Shown one piece after another: positions 37,060-47,313 of a stretch of DNA of 64,000 bases. How positions within the stretch are numbered: position 1 is the first letter of the stretch; every line of letters begins with the position of its first letter. The translations under genes were made by a program, and so were the position numbers. The notes under the pieces were generated by a model that was not told the DNA's origin, did no database searches, and saw nothing but the letters and a program-made list of their open reading frames with translations. The DNA is from Spirochaetota bacterium (lineage in GTDB: Bacteria > Spirochaetota > UBA4802 > UB4802): the NCBI GenBank assembly GCA_029907515.1, contig JARYLT010000003.1, forward strand, positions 3,448-67,447. Direction: 5' to 3'.

Positions 37060-39153
37060 ATGATGCACAAGTTGTTTTATCCTGATTCAGTTGCTATTGT
37101 TGGATTATCTTCACGACAAAACAATATACCACGTCTTACACTTGAAAATATGCTGCGCTGGGGATATCGGGGACGCATTTTTGGCGTAAATCCAAAGAGT
37201 GAAGATGAACAGGTAGATGGCATACGTATGTATAAATCTATAGAAGCGTTGCCAGAAGTTCCCGATTTAGTTTATGCACTGGTACCGGCAAAGTTTGTTC
37301 CTGGAATTGTTGAAGAATGCGGTCAAAAGGGGGTTAAATGGATGGCAATCCCCAGCGGTGGTTTTTCGGAATACAGTGAAGAAGGGAAAAAATTAGCTCT
37401 CCAAACTGTTGCTACAGCAAAGAAATACGGCATACATTTTGTTGGGCCTAATGGATTAACAGTAGCCAATGTAGAAAATGGTTTGTGCTTGCCATTTGTT
37501 CCTTTACTTCGCCCTGAGTTTGGTGGAATGTCAATAATTTCGCAAAGTGGTGGTGTTGCCATCATGATGTGGAATATTATTATGGATGAAAATATTGGTA
37601 TAGCAAAGTTTGCAAGTATTGGTAACAAGCTAGATTTAGATGAGGTTGATTTTTTAGAATATTTAGGCAATGACCCTGCAACGTCAATTATCTGTATGTA
37701 TTTAGAAAGTGTGCCACGGGGAGCTGACTTAATAAAAGTTGCTGAAAAGATCAATAAACCTATTGTTGTATATAAATCCAATACCACACAGGCAGGGAAA
37801 AAGGCTGCCATGAGTCATACGGCTGCCATGAGCAATGATGAAGAAATACTCAATGCAGCATTTGAAAAGGCTGGAATTATCCGAATATACAATTATCATG
37901 ACTTCTTTGCTGTAGCAAAAGCATTCAAACTTCCACCTATGCGAGGCAAGCGCATAATGGTCATGAGTCCTGCCGGCGGTTTTGCTGTTATGACTGCCGA
38001 CCTGTGTGAACAGGCAGGTTTTGAATTTGCAGATCCTGGTGAAGAATTTTATCAAAGCCTTCAAAAATTTTCAAATGCAGGTGTAATCCACTTTTCAAAT
38101 CCACTGGATTTAGGTGACATCTATGATCCGGCATTTACTGCCCATGTTGTGTATTCAGTAATGCACAATCAAAATGTGGATGGCGCGGTGTATGTAAGCC
38201 AGCGTCCACAGATGCCTGATAGAGAAAGTGTTTTTTCACGAATGTTTTTAGCTGACCTTTCAAAGGAAACCTGGGGTGCCATTGTATCATCAGCTAAACC
38301 TCTGGGTATTTGTTTACTTGGTTTATCTCGCGTGATGGCACAGATAAAGCGTACAGTAAATTTCCCTATATTTAATTCGCCTGAAGAAATGGTGCGCGCA
38401 CTTGCATATCAGATGAAATTTTATACGCGACAACTCAACCAAAAGCAGGATGAATCATGCACTGTGTCGTTTGACGGTGCAATGCAGTGGATTAAACGCA
38501 ATACCGGTGAAATTGGTGAAGATGCAATGGAACTGCTTACAACAATTGATGTACCGGTACCGCCAGCTGGTATTGCCACAACGGAAAAAGAAGCAGTGGC
38601 GATAGCAACTCGTATTGGCTATCCGGTGGTATGTAAACTTGTATCAAAAGAGATATTGCACAAATCGGATGTTGGCGGTGTGATTGTTAATGTAACCAGT
38701 GATGATGCGGTGAAGCAGGCTTTTGCAACGATTCATGCAAATGTACTATCACACAAACCTGACGCAACAATTGAAGGAGTACGGATTTCAAAAATGGCTG
38801 CAAATGGTGTAGATATGTTTGTTGGCAGTAAATATGATGATTCGTTTGGCCAGGTGATACTGTATGGCTTTGGCGGAATCTATGTTGAAGTATTTAAGGA
38901 TGTTGCCTGCTCGTTGTGTCCAGCACCAAAAGATGAAATAAAGGAAAAGATTTCAAAGCTTAAATCGTATGCATTATTAAAAGGTGCTCGTGGCCAGGAA
39001 CCAAAGGACATTGATGCGTATGTGGATATAATCTGGAAACTTTCACATCTTCTGGCAAGGGCGCCACAAATAAAAGAAATGGACTTAAATCCAGTACGTG
39101 TATTTGATAATGGCTGTCAGGTGCTTGATATCAGGATAAAGATTGTGCAATAA
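37060..39153 (+). CDS. acetyl-CoA synthetase (ADP-forming), fused alpha/beta (CoA-binding plus ATP-grasp)
   Basis: N-terminal CoA-binding domain (SVAIVGLSSR..., FVGPNG) and C-terminal ATP-grasp ACD signature. Confidence 0.85.
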   Translation: MMHKLFYPDSVAIVGLSSRQNNIPRLTLENMLRWGYRGRIFGVNPKSEDEQVDGIRMYKSIEALPEVPDLVYALVPAKFVPGIVEECGQKGVKWMAIPSGGFSEYSEEGKKLALQTVATAKKYGIHFVGPNGLTVANVENGLCLPFVPLLRPEFGGMSIISQSGGVAIMMWNIIMDENIGIAKFASIGNKLDLDEVDFLEYLGNDPATSIICMYLESVPRGADLIKVAEKINKPIVVYKSNTTQAGKKAAMSHTAAMSNDEEILNAAFEKAGIIRIYNYHDFFAVAKAFKLPPMRGKRIMVMSPAGGFAVMTADLCEQAGFEFADPGEEFYQSLQKFSNAGVIHFSNPLDLGDIYDPAFTAHVVYSVMHNQNVDGAVYVSQRPQMPDRESVFSRMFLADLSKETWGAIVSSAKPLGICLLGLSRVMAQIKRTVNFPIFNSPEEMVRALAYQMKFYTRQLNQKQDESCTVSFDGAMQWIKRNTGEIGEDAMELLTTIDVPVPPAGIATTEKEAVAIATRIGYPVVCKLVSKEILHKSDVGGVIVNVTSDDAVKQAFATIHANVLSHKPDATIEGVRISKMAANGVDMFVGSKYDDSFGQVILYGFGGIYVEVFKDVACSLCPAPKDEIKEKISKLKSYALLKGARGQEPKDIDAYVDIIWKLSHLLARAPQIKEMDLNPVRVFDNGCQVLDIRIKIVQ

Positions 39154-39188
39154 TTGAAATAACCATTGTTTGGTGCTACGCTTTACGT

Positions 39189-40331
39189 ATGATTTATTTA
39201 GATAATGCTGCTACCAGTTACCCTAAACCTCAGTCTGTAATAAAAGCTGTAGCTGACTGTTTGCAGGATTATTGTGCAAATCCCGGGCGTTCAGGGCACA
39301 AACTTGCAATAGAGGCTGCACGAAAGGTGTTTGAAGCGCGGGAGACAGTTGCGCAGTTTTTTAATGTTACAGATTCCCGTAACGTTATTTTCACTTCAAA
39401 TGCAACCATGGCCATAAATTGTGCGTGTGCTGCAATTCTGGAAGATAGTGACCATGTAGTAGTTTCATCTATGGAACATAATGCGGTGATGCGACCATTG
39501 CGGTATCTGGAAAAAGAAGGAAAAATATCATTATCTTTTATTGAATCTGGTAGCAATGGAAAAATTACAGGTGATGTTACACAATTATTACAACCCAACA
39601 CCAGGCTTGTAGTCATAAATCATGCATCCAATGTCAATGGAGTAGTACAGGATATTGCTTCCATCACAGCAAAAATTAAAGCATATAATCATTCTATTAC
39701 GGTGCTTATTGATGCATCGCAGAGTGCCGGAGTACTGCCAATTGATATACAGAAGATTGGATGTGATTTTTTAGCGTTCACGGGGCACAAAGCTTTGTAT
39801 GGGCCACAGGGCATTGGCGGCTTAATTATTAATACAGATAGGCCATTAAAACCTTTTATTATGGGAGGCACAGGAAGCAAATCCGAAAGCCAGTATCAGC
39901 CTGAATTTTTGCCTGATAAATATGAAAGTGGTACAGTAAACCTTCCCGGTATTGTGGGATTGAAGGCAGGAATAGAATATGTTTGGCCACAAATGGAAAA
40001 GATACGTACTGAAGAAATGAAACATATCAAAAGAGTAATAGAGTGTTTGTCTGGAATTAAAGGTATAACTGTATATTGGAGTAATTCTTTTGAACATCAA
40101 ATTGGCGTTGTATCTTTTTCCCATGAATCAATTTCGTGCAGTGAAATAGGCCAGCGTCTTAATGATGAATATTCCATTTGTGTTCGTATTGGATTGCACT
40201 GTGCACCTCTTGCGCATGAAACTATAGGCAGTTATCCAGATGGCACCGTAAGGTTATCTGTTGGTGCATTTACAGAGGATAGCGATATCGATACATTTTG
40301 CAGGGCTATCGAACAAATAACAAAGGTATAA
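39189..40331 (+). CDS. cysteine desulfurase (class V aminotransferase; NifS/CsdA-like, possible selenocysteine lyase)
   Basis: PLP-lysine motif FTGHKALYGPQG and active-site Cys loop GLHCAP. Confidence 0.85.
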   Translation: MIYLDNAATSYPKPQSVIKAVADCLQDYCANPGRSGHKLAIEAARKVFEARETVAQFFNVTDSRNVIFTSNATMAINCACAAILEDSDHVVVSSMEHNAVMRPLRYLEKEGKISLSFIESGSNGKITGDVTQLLQPNTRLVVINHASNVNGVVQDIASITAKIKAYNHSITVLIDASQSAGVLPIDIQKIGCDFLAFTGHKALYGPQGIGGLIINTDRPLKPFIMGGTGSKSESQYQPEFLPDKYESGTVNLPGIVGLKAGIEYVWPQMEKIRTEEMKHIKRVIECLSGIKGITVYWSNSFEHQIGVVSFSHESISCSEIGQRLNDEYSICVRIGLHCAPLAHETIGSYPDGTVRLSVGAFTEDSDIDTFCRAIEQITKV

Positions 40332-40334
40332 AAA

Positions 40335-40586
40335 ATGAACTATTACCTGTTATTATTACCATCTGTACATGATGTGATGAAAGCTGAAAAGATTTTACTT
40401 AATGCAGGTGTTAATTTGAATGTAATAGCCACCCCACGAGAAATATCGCATAACTGTGGGGTGGTAATACGCTTTGAATCCAGTAATTTACATAAGCTGT
40501 TAGCCCTTCTTGAGGAACTACCTGTGGAAAAAAAGGTATTTAAAAAAGTTGATGATAATGTGTACGTTGAAGTTATTCAAGAGTAG
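40335..40586 (+). CDS. possible DUF3343 (putative Se/S carrier protein-like) small protein
   Basis: 83 aa. I tentatively match it to the DUF3343 pattern (small helical protein with conserved TPREIS..CG motif: ATPREISHNCG). Immediately downstream of the cysteine desulfurase. Confidence 0.55.
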   Translation: MNYYLLLLPSVHDVMKAEKILLNAGVNLNVIATPREISHNCGVVIRFESSNLHKLLALLEELPVEKKVFKKVDDNVYVEVIQE

Positions 40587-40719
40587 ATTCTAACTTTTTG
40601 ATGCTCTCATCAAGTATTTTGTATTCCTTGGAATTTTTTGGAAATGTACTCTGGTACTTTTTAAAGTACTTTATCTGTTCCAATTTCCAGCGCTTCATGT
40701 CAAAATTATTCTGGATCAT
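40573..40719 (-). CDS. hypothetical small basic protein (48 aa)
   Basis: GGAGGA SD 6 nt upstream of ATG 40719. MIQNNFDMKRWKLEQIKYFKKYQSTFPKNSKEYKILDESIKKLESTLE. Overlaps the DUF3343 3' end convergently by 14 nt. Below the ORF-track cutoff. Confidence 0.3.
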   Translation of the reverse strand: MIQNNFDMKRWKLEQIKYFKKYQSTFPKNSKEYKILDESIKKLESTLE

Positions 40720-41168
40720 ATTAATTCCTCCGTTTAATAAACTGTCGTACTATAATTTTCGTAAAAAATGTAAAATAATTTCATTATTTTATTGTTTGAA
40801 CTATTGTTATTTGCAAATTTAATGATCATTTAATATGTAACAATATATTAGAATATAATACATGTTATCGCCGGTAAGTTAGTATATATTACAATCAAGG
40901 AATTTGTTAGGTGAAGTAAATTTTTATGGAAGGTGCAGTTAGTCAATAGTATCTGCATTAGCTTGTAGATAGAAAGAGGTAAGAAAAAAAGTATGATATT
41001 TTATGTTCTCTTAAGATAACGGGTGATGGTAAGGTAATTGTAAAAAAGACGTGATGGAATGATAAATAAAAATTTGTTGATAATGGTTATATGTAATGAC
41101 GATAGTATAATGATAAGCTATAATAAAATTATTTAAGATTATTTTAAATTGGTACTTAGCAGGAAGCT

Positions 41169-42056
41169 ATGGTTAACAGAGATAGTATTGATATAAAAGA
41201 TTTACCAGTTTTTCCCCAGGTTGCAATTAAGATTTTACAGATACAGGAAGATAATATTGACATCAGCTTCAAGGAACTGGAAAGCATCATTTTACTTGAT
41301 CCAGCATTAACGGCCAAAATACTGAAAGTGGCCAATTCAGCACTCTATGCGCGTCAGCGAGAGATCACCAATTTGCAGCAGGCCTTGACGTTACTTGGTT
41401 TCAAAATGGTAAAAAGCCTTGTGTTACTGGTTTCAGCTTCAAATGTTTACAGTAAAAACGTAAAATCGCAGCAACAGACAACCGCTGCAACTGTTACCAA
41501 AACATCAACAGCAATGATCTGGCGGCATTCGGTTGTTACCGCATTCATTTCAAAATATGTGGCTACCCGCATTAAAAATGATGAAAAAAAAGAGGATGTA
41601 TTTGTTGCTGGCCTTCTTCATGATATTGGCAGGCTTATCATGATGATACACTTCAGGGATAAATATGAGCAATACATTGCATATCTTAATCAGATGCAGT
41701 ATAAGGATATACGCGAAGTAGAAGAAAAAATTTTCGAAATAAACCACCAGGATGTAGGGAAGATAGTTCTGGAGAAATGGAATTTCCCCAATGAACTGAT
41801 TGATGCTGTGGCACAGCATCATGTAATACAGGTTGACTCAAAATATAAGACCACTGTCCAGATAGTAGGGCTGGCAAATCTGTTTGCAAAAATTATTGAA
41901 AATGAAAATCTTTCAGAAAATGACAGGGAATTGCTTACTGCCTTCAGCAAGGCATTAGGTATCACCCAGGAAGATTATAACTATCTCACAGAAGAGATTG
42001 TCAATACACTGAAAAATGATGAATTATATAAAATGAGCACTTCACTGATTGGATAA
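41169..42056 (+). CDS. HDOD domain signal-transduction protein
   Basis: HDOD signature (LLHDIGRLIMM, N-terminal ...LDPALTAKILKVANSALY). AGGAAG SD. Confidence 0.8.
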   Translation: MVNRDSIDIKDLPVFPQVAIKILQIQEDNIDISFKELESIILLDPALTAKILKVANSALYARQREITNLQQALTLLGFKMVKSLVLLVSASNVYSKNVKSQQQTTAATVTKTSTAMIWRHSVVTAFISKYVATRIKNDEKKEDVFVAGLLHDIGRLIMMIHFRDKYEQYIAYLNQMQYKDIREVEEKIFEINHQDVGKIVLEKWNFPNELIDAVAQHHVIQVDSKYKTTVQIVGLANLFAKIIENENLSENDRELLTAFSKALGITQEDYNYLTEEIVNTLKNDELYKMSTSLIG

Positions 42057-42063
42057 ACATTTT

Positions 42064-43440
42064 TTATATCCTGCTAAAAATAATAAAATCAATTATAGGT
42101 GCTTTTTTATACAGATGATAGCCACAGTACAGTGTTGTTGCTACAGATGCCAGCATGTAGCTGGTGCCTGGAAGTAACGGGAAGTATAGTATTGAAAATA
42201 ACGTAGCTGCAATATTTAAAATAAGATACAGACATGCAGCCATTGCAGCTTCAAATTGCAATTCCATATACAAAAGATAAATCATAAGATTAAGCGTCAA
42301 CATATGAAAGAATACAGCTATAAGTAAAATTCTCATGATATGAATATTAATTGTATGTGAATACCCCAAAAAATCCAGTATCTCGGGTAGCTTGATTAAA
42401 ATACCAACAGTCCATATCGACTGGAAAAATATAATACCCTTAATGCCATTTTTGAGTGATAGTAGCATCTTTTGTTTTTTTAGCTGTATATAGCGGAATG
42501 GGTCTTCCAGTATTTGTGATATAAATTCAAAGAATTTTTTATGAAAATCTGTTTCAGCAATAATTAAAAAATACACCAGTCCGGGTATCATAGTCAGGTA
42601 TGCCAAAAACACCGGTATATCATAAGTGATGTAATAGTAATACAGTGTACCGGGAATATGCTGGCCCTTCAAAAACCAGTAAAGCATTTTATCCGACCAT
42701 ATGGCCATATTAAAGAAGCATCCCATTAAAAAAATCCGTTTATGTTCTTTAAAAGAAGCAATAAATTCTTTATTTACTACAAATTTCTTAAGGGGATATG
42801 CAAATTGGGAGATAGTTATTAAAAGCAGGACTATGACAGCCTGCCCAATTGTGTAACCACACAATGCACCTGCAACACCATACAATTTTCCTAAATAAAG
42901 CACTCCATAAATACTGGCGATAGTTCCTGCTAAATAGCTGAAGAAAATTTTGTAATATGCTTTGAGCAGGGCAATATATACCAGCATGATCCACAGGATG
43001 TTAATAACAACAAAAAGTGAAACTAACGATAGTATATAAAGAGTTTGAAATTGAATGAATGAGAAATCATTAAAACACACAAATGCAAGAGCAGGCAGTA
43101 TTGACAGTATGGTTATAATAATTATTGCGGTTAACAGGGCTGTGGGAATGGTTTCATAATTTTCAATATACAGTTGATCAGCAATATAGCGTGAGAATAC
43201 ATAATGAAAACCACCTGATAAAAATAGTGAAAAAGCATACACATACACTATCGAAACAGTAAATAGTGAAGGATTGTCAGCAATTGCCCCAAATGTATAT
43301 GTTTGAATAATATATATAGTAAGTACTGATAATATCCATGGTCCTGCAACAATGATCATGCCCAGAAAGAAAGCCTGTACAATTGATGACAACGTTCCTT
43401 TGTGTAAAATTTTATATAATTCAAATCCTATCCCGGCCAT
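42064..43440 (-). CDS. pelG: Pel exopolysaccharide export protein PelG (MATE-like, 12 TM)
   Basis: Starts MAGIGFEL as PelG homologs do. About 12 predicted TM helices. Last gene of a pelD-F-G-ordered cluster. Confidence 0.8.
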   Translation of the reverse strand: MAGIGFELYKILHKGTLSSIVQAFFLGMIIVAGPWILSVLTIYIIQTYTFGAIADNPSLFTVSIVYVYAFSLFLSGGFHYVFSRYIADQLYIENYETIPTALLTAIIIITILSILPALAFVCFNDFSFIQFQTLYILSLVSLFVVINILWIMLVYIALLKAYYKIFFSYLAGTIASIYGVLYLGKLYGVAGALCGYTIGQAVIVLLLITISQFAYPLKKFVVNKEFIASFKEHKRIFLMGCFFNMAIWSDKMLYWFLKGQHIPGTLYYYYITYDIPVFLAYLTMIPGLVYFLIIAETDFHKKFFEFISQILEDPFRYIQLKKQKMLLSLKNGIKGIIFFQSIWTVGILIKLPEILDFLGYSHTINIHIMRILLIAVFFHMLTLNLMIYLLYMELQFEAAMAACLYLILNIAATLFSILYFPLLPGTSYMLASVATTLYCGYHLYKKAPIIDFIIFSRI

Positions 43441-43446
43441 ACATCC

Positions 43447-44874
43447 TCATTGTGTATACATGCCAATATATTTTGCATAAAGATTGTCATATGTTGCAAT
43501 AAGGTCTTTTTTATTATAAAACTGTATAACCTTATTCCTGTTTGCAGCTATCAGTTTATTACGGTAATCAGGATTATTGTATAGATAAATAACACCCTGG
43601 GCTAATTTTTCTGAATCTTTGGGGTCGGCTAAAAGAATATCATTGTAATCAAGCATTTCAGGAACATTGCCCACGCGGGTTGAGACCACAGGTATTCCTG
43701 CTGCATAAGCTTCTAAGATAACCAGTGGTTGCGCTTCCCGGATACTGGAAAGTACCACCACATCTAAAAATTTGTAATACTGGCGCACATCAGCTTTACC
43801 GGTGAATACTACTTTATCCTGAATCTGGAAGTTTTCAACAAGCTTAACGCAATCTTCATAATAACTTTCGTCTTCATCAGTTGGGCCAATAATGTAAAAT
43901 TTAACATTAGGGATTGATTCTGCAACAATCTTTGCCATGATGATAAAATTTTTAACATCTTTTATGGGAACAACCCGTGCTATAATCCCAATACTGAATT
44001 CCTTGCAGGTTTCTGTTTTTAAATCTAAATATCGATCTATTTCAATGCCATTGGGTATAACAAGTGTTTTTTCCCGCTTTGCCCCCTGAGCAATCTGAAT
44101 ATTGCGATTAACCTCAAAAAGAGATATAACACAATCAGAGTATTCATACGTAATAGCGCTTAAATCATTAAAGATGTTAATCCACATATCTCGCTGGTAG
44201 CCTTTAACCCACGTTGCGCGTTTTATGTCTATCTCACGTTCTTTGTTGTATAAACCATGCTCAGTCAGGATTACAGGTTTATTGTATTTAATCTTTGCAC
44301 TGGCAGCACATAGTCCTGCATATCCTGTTGATATGGTATGGTACAGGTCAGCCGGTGGCAGGTCCCAGGTCATAATCTTCATCATGTATTCATGTGATGA
44401 TCGCCATGCCCAGTAATAGTCAGAAAAGGGATATAAGGGATTTCGTATTGCATTATACTGAGTTACAATGTTAAAACTTGTAATATGTCGCTGCAGAGAA
44501 GATGGATCGTATCGGTGCTTATTAATAAGCTTAAAAATTTCACTGAATCGAGAAAAATCTTTTTTTTGCATCATATCATTGTGAAAGGATTCAATATTGC
44601 TGAAAAACGATGACTGTATTGACTTTTTGGGTTTTTCAACTGGGGCTGTCAGTAGCCTGTTAACAAGTCCAATCACGTTGGGTGGAAATAAATATTTTGG
44701 TTCGTCCTCTTCTGCTGATATTGCAAATATGATAAAGTTATAGTTGGTAAGCCCTGTAATTATATCCTGTATCCAGGCTGATACCCCTCCTGTTATGTAT
44801 GGATATGACCCTTCTGCGATAATACATATTGTTTTTTTTGATGGATCAGGTTTATTGATTGCTACAAAATCCAT
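43447..44874 (-). CDS. pelF: GT4-family glycosyltransferase PelF
   Basis: GT4 EX7E-type motif region (EHGLYNKEREIDIK), of PelF size (475 aa), located between the pelE-position gene and pelG. Confidence 0.75.
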   Translation of the reverse strand: MDFVAINKPDPSKKTICIIAEGSYPYITGGVSAWIQDIITGLTNYNFIIFAISAEEDEPKYLFPPNVIGLVNRLLTAPVEKPKKSIQSSFFSNIESFHNDMMQKKDFSRFSEIFKLINKHRYDPSSLQRHITSFNIVTQYNAIRNPLYPFSDYYWAWRSSHEYMMKIMTWDLPPADLYHTISTGYAGLCAASAKIKYNKPVILTEHGLYNKEREIDIKRATWVKGYQRDMWINIFNDLSAITYEYSDCVISLFEVNRNIQIAQGAKREKTLVIPNGIEIDRYLDLKTETCKEFSIGIIARVVPIKDVKNFIIMAKIVAESIPNVKFYIIGPTDEDESYYEDCVKLVENFQIQDKVVFTGKADVRQYYKFLDVVVLSSIREAQPLVILEAYAAGIPVVSTRVGNVPEMLDYNDILLADPKDSEKLAQGVIYLYNNPDYRNKLIAANRNKVIQFYNKKDLIATYDNLYAKYIGMYTQ

Positions 44875-45701
44875 TGATAGATTAACACCTCGGCATATTC
44901 TATATCGCTTACATCGTACTGAGAAATAATCGAAGCAATTGTTTTAATCCTGTCATAATGTTTTAAATTATAATGGCATTGAACCATTTTGAGCAGGCAA
45001 TATACAGGTTTGTATTGTATAGAATAACAATAAGCATAGAGCGATAGTGCATATTCATAATTCTCATCCAGTAAATAACTTTCAGCCAGAGCTATTTTTA
45101 TCCTTTTGTTTTTTGGTCGTAATGTATACGCTTTTACAAGATTTTCAATTGCCTGCTTGATATAAAACTTCTGAATTAGCTTCTGGCTTTCTAAAAGTGT
45201 AGCAAATTGTGTATAAAGACAACCAAGAAGATAATGGTAAATAAAGATATTATGGGTAGCTTTTTCCAGCTTTTTCTTTATTTTCTCAATTTTTGTTAAA
45301 AATGAATTTTCAATTGTGTTTAATCCTTCAGCAGCATACAGGGCTATTTCTGGATTGGGATCTTTAATCATGGTTCGTAATATTTTTACTGAGTGAGAGT
45401 TAGGGCGCATGGCTAATTTCTGTTGCGAAAATAACCGTGTAATTTCGTCCAGGTCCTGGGCTTCATCAATTAATGGTCGTAATGAAGTGGCTGCCATAAG
45501 GTAATGTTCTATACCCAGTAAGCCTTCAGAAAAAGCCTTACGCAATTTATGCTGAGTTTTAACAATATAAGGATTTTCAACAACATCATGCCTGAAAAAA
45601 TCAAAAGGGTTTTCAAATGAAAATAGTTTAATACTATCTTGATCATCTTTAGATGGAGTATAGTCAAAAATAAAATCTTCTTGAGGAAGAATGGTGCTCA
45701 T
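44862..45701 (-). CDS. helical repeat protein at the pelE position (atypical, no N-terminal TM helices)
   Basis: 279 aa, all-alpha, TPR-like C-terminal half. Call is positional only. Confidence 0.4.
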   Translation of the reverse strand: MSTILPQEDFIFDYTPSKDDQDSIKLFSFENPFDFFRHDVVENPYIVKTQHKLRKAFSEGLLGIEHYLMAATSLRPLIDEAQDLDEITRLFSQQKLAMRPNSHSVKILRTMIKDPNPEIALYAAEGLNTIENSFLTKIEKIKKKLEKATHNIFIYHYLLGCLYTQFATLLESQKLIQKFYIKQAIENLVKAYTLRPKNKRIKIALAESYLLDENYEYALSLYAYCYSIQYKPVYCLLKMVQCHYNLKHYDRIKTIASIISQYDVSDIEYAEVLIYQWIL

Positions 45702-45709
45702 GCTCTCAC

Positions 45710-47152
45710 CTATATTTTCTGCATTAACAGTAGATTTTCGGCCAGTAGTATAAGGTCTTCTTCAGATTGATGGTTGGATCGCAACGTACTGTATCCAATA
45801 ACTATTTCAGGATTAACTATCTGGCCTTTTACATAATATGTTTTTTTGCTGTTTTGTTCAATTAGCGATAAACTGAACATTGCTGCACCATCAAAATCCA
45901 TGTTGGGTAAAATGGCTGCAAACTGGAATGTTTCCTTATATTGAAATAATAATACTTTTCCCTTTGCCAGTTGTTGAACTAACTGAGCTATCTCTTTTAA
46001 TACAAGGAGTGCATCCTTCATTGAAAACTTTTCAACTATTTCAGCGCTATTAGTACATTCAACTATCAGTAATGACAAATTCAATTTATTATGCTGAGCG
46101 TTAGCAAATTCTTCCTTTAATACCTCATAAAATTCACTGATTGAATTAAAACCGGTTACGGGGTCAACCTCTTTATGTACCAGTGAGCTATACCTGATAG
46201 CATTACGGATAATTGGAGCTGCCAGGTCAGCAATCATGAGCAGTAACTGTTCAGTATAGAGATTATATTTTATAAAAGGTATTTTTTCAATATTGAGCGC
46301 CCCCCATACCTGGTTATCAATAGTAATGGGAACAGTAATAATGGAATTGCCATTATCAAGTGCCTTCAAGTTTTGATATTTCTGGAGCATTTTAATGGAA
46401 AACATGGTATTGTTTCGTACCGACCAGCCAATAAGGTTTTCCGTATCAAGGTTTGAAGGGGTACTATCAATGATGTCCTGTGTCCACCCATTATGTGCAA
46501 GCAGATGAATAGAGTTATTATCACGGTCATATTGCCATAATGAGCATTGCTGAGAACCGGTAAATTGAACAACGGCATTCAAGATATTAGGGTAAATATT
46601 TTCTAAATGTAATGTATTTAAGGCTATGATGGTTGAATACAATGAGATAAGTGAATTCTGCTGGCCTAAAATACGGTCCTGATATTCCTGATTAACCATT
46701 GAAACGGCTTCAAGTTCTCTTTTAAGCTTGGCAGCCTGCTCATCAAGTTCTTTGATGATATTTTTCTGGTTTTGAATAATGCGGCCTAAATTGTCACGTA
46801 TTTCGCCAAGAATAATAATAGCAATAAGCGATAGAAATAATAATGACGATAGATGCTGGTAACTAACCGGTGTGGTGATAGTTGTATACAGTATGTCTGT
46901 TGAATAATACAGATCACTGATTATAATATATGATGCTATGATTATCGTTACTGTAAGGAATGTAATAAGACCTGATTTTTTGCCATAAAACGAAGTAAAG
47001 AAGATTATAATAAATAGATATGGATTGTAGTGTATAGAAAGAAAACCAATATCGTCAGGATATTTGAGAATATTGATGATGAATACTGCTGTTACAAGAA
47101 CAATGATTTCAAGTGGAAATATTTTTTTAAATATTTTTACTATGATATCCAT
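45710..47152 (-). CDS. pelD: PelD-like c-di-GMP receptor (4 TM, coiled coil, GAF, degenerate GGDEF)
   Basis: N-terminal ~110 aa with 4 TM helices, a coiled coil (KELDEQAAKLKRELEAV) and a GAF-like middle domain. Architecture and size as PelD. Confidence 0.6.
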   Translation of the reverse strand: MDIIVKIFKKIFPLEIIVLVTAVFIINILKYPDDIGFLSIHYNPYLFIIIFFTSFYGKKSGLITFLTVTIIIASYIIISDLYYSTDILYTTITTPVSYQHLSSLLFLSLIAIIILGEIRDNLGRIIQNQKNIIKELDEQAAKLKRELEAVSMVNQEYQDRILGQQNSLISLYSTIIALNTLHLENIYPNILNAVVQFTGSQQCSLWQYDRDNNSIHLLAHNGWTQDIIDSTPSNLDTENLIGWSVRNNTMFSIKMLQKYQNLKALDNGNSIITVPITIDNQVWGALNIEKIPFIKYNLYTEQLLLMIADLAAPIIRNAIRYSSLVHKEVDPVTGFNSISEFYEVLKEEFANAQHNKLNLSLLIVECTNSAEIVEKFSMKDALLVLKEIAQLVQQLAKGKVLLFQYKETFQFAAILPNMDFDGAAMFSLSLIEQNSKKTYYVKGQIVNPEIVIGYSTLRSNHQSEEDLILLAENLLLMQKI

Positions 47153-47261
47153 AAGAAACAGTATATTTGTGTTAAGTTATAATAAAGTGTATTGTTCAAT
47201 ACTAATAACAAAATTTAGTAAATGTCAAGGAAATTAGAAAGTATAAATTTTGTAAAGTAAT

Positions 47262-47296
47262 AAAAAAGGCCGTTCGTAACGAACAGCCTTTTTTAT
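47262..47296 (-). terminator. intrinsic terminator after the beta-oxidation operon (A-run/T-run flanked, potentially bidirectional)
   Basis: AAAAAAGGCCGTTCGTAACGAACAGCCTTTTTTATT forms a 10-bp interrupted stem with a tri-loop, with runs of A and T on the two sides. Confidence 0.6.
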
Positions 47297-47313
47297 TTAC
47301 ATGGTATTATATG

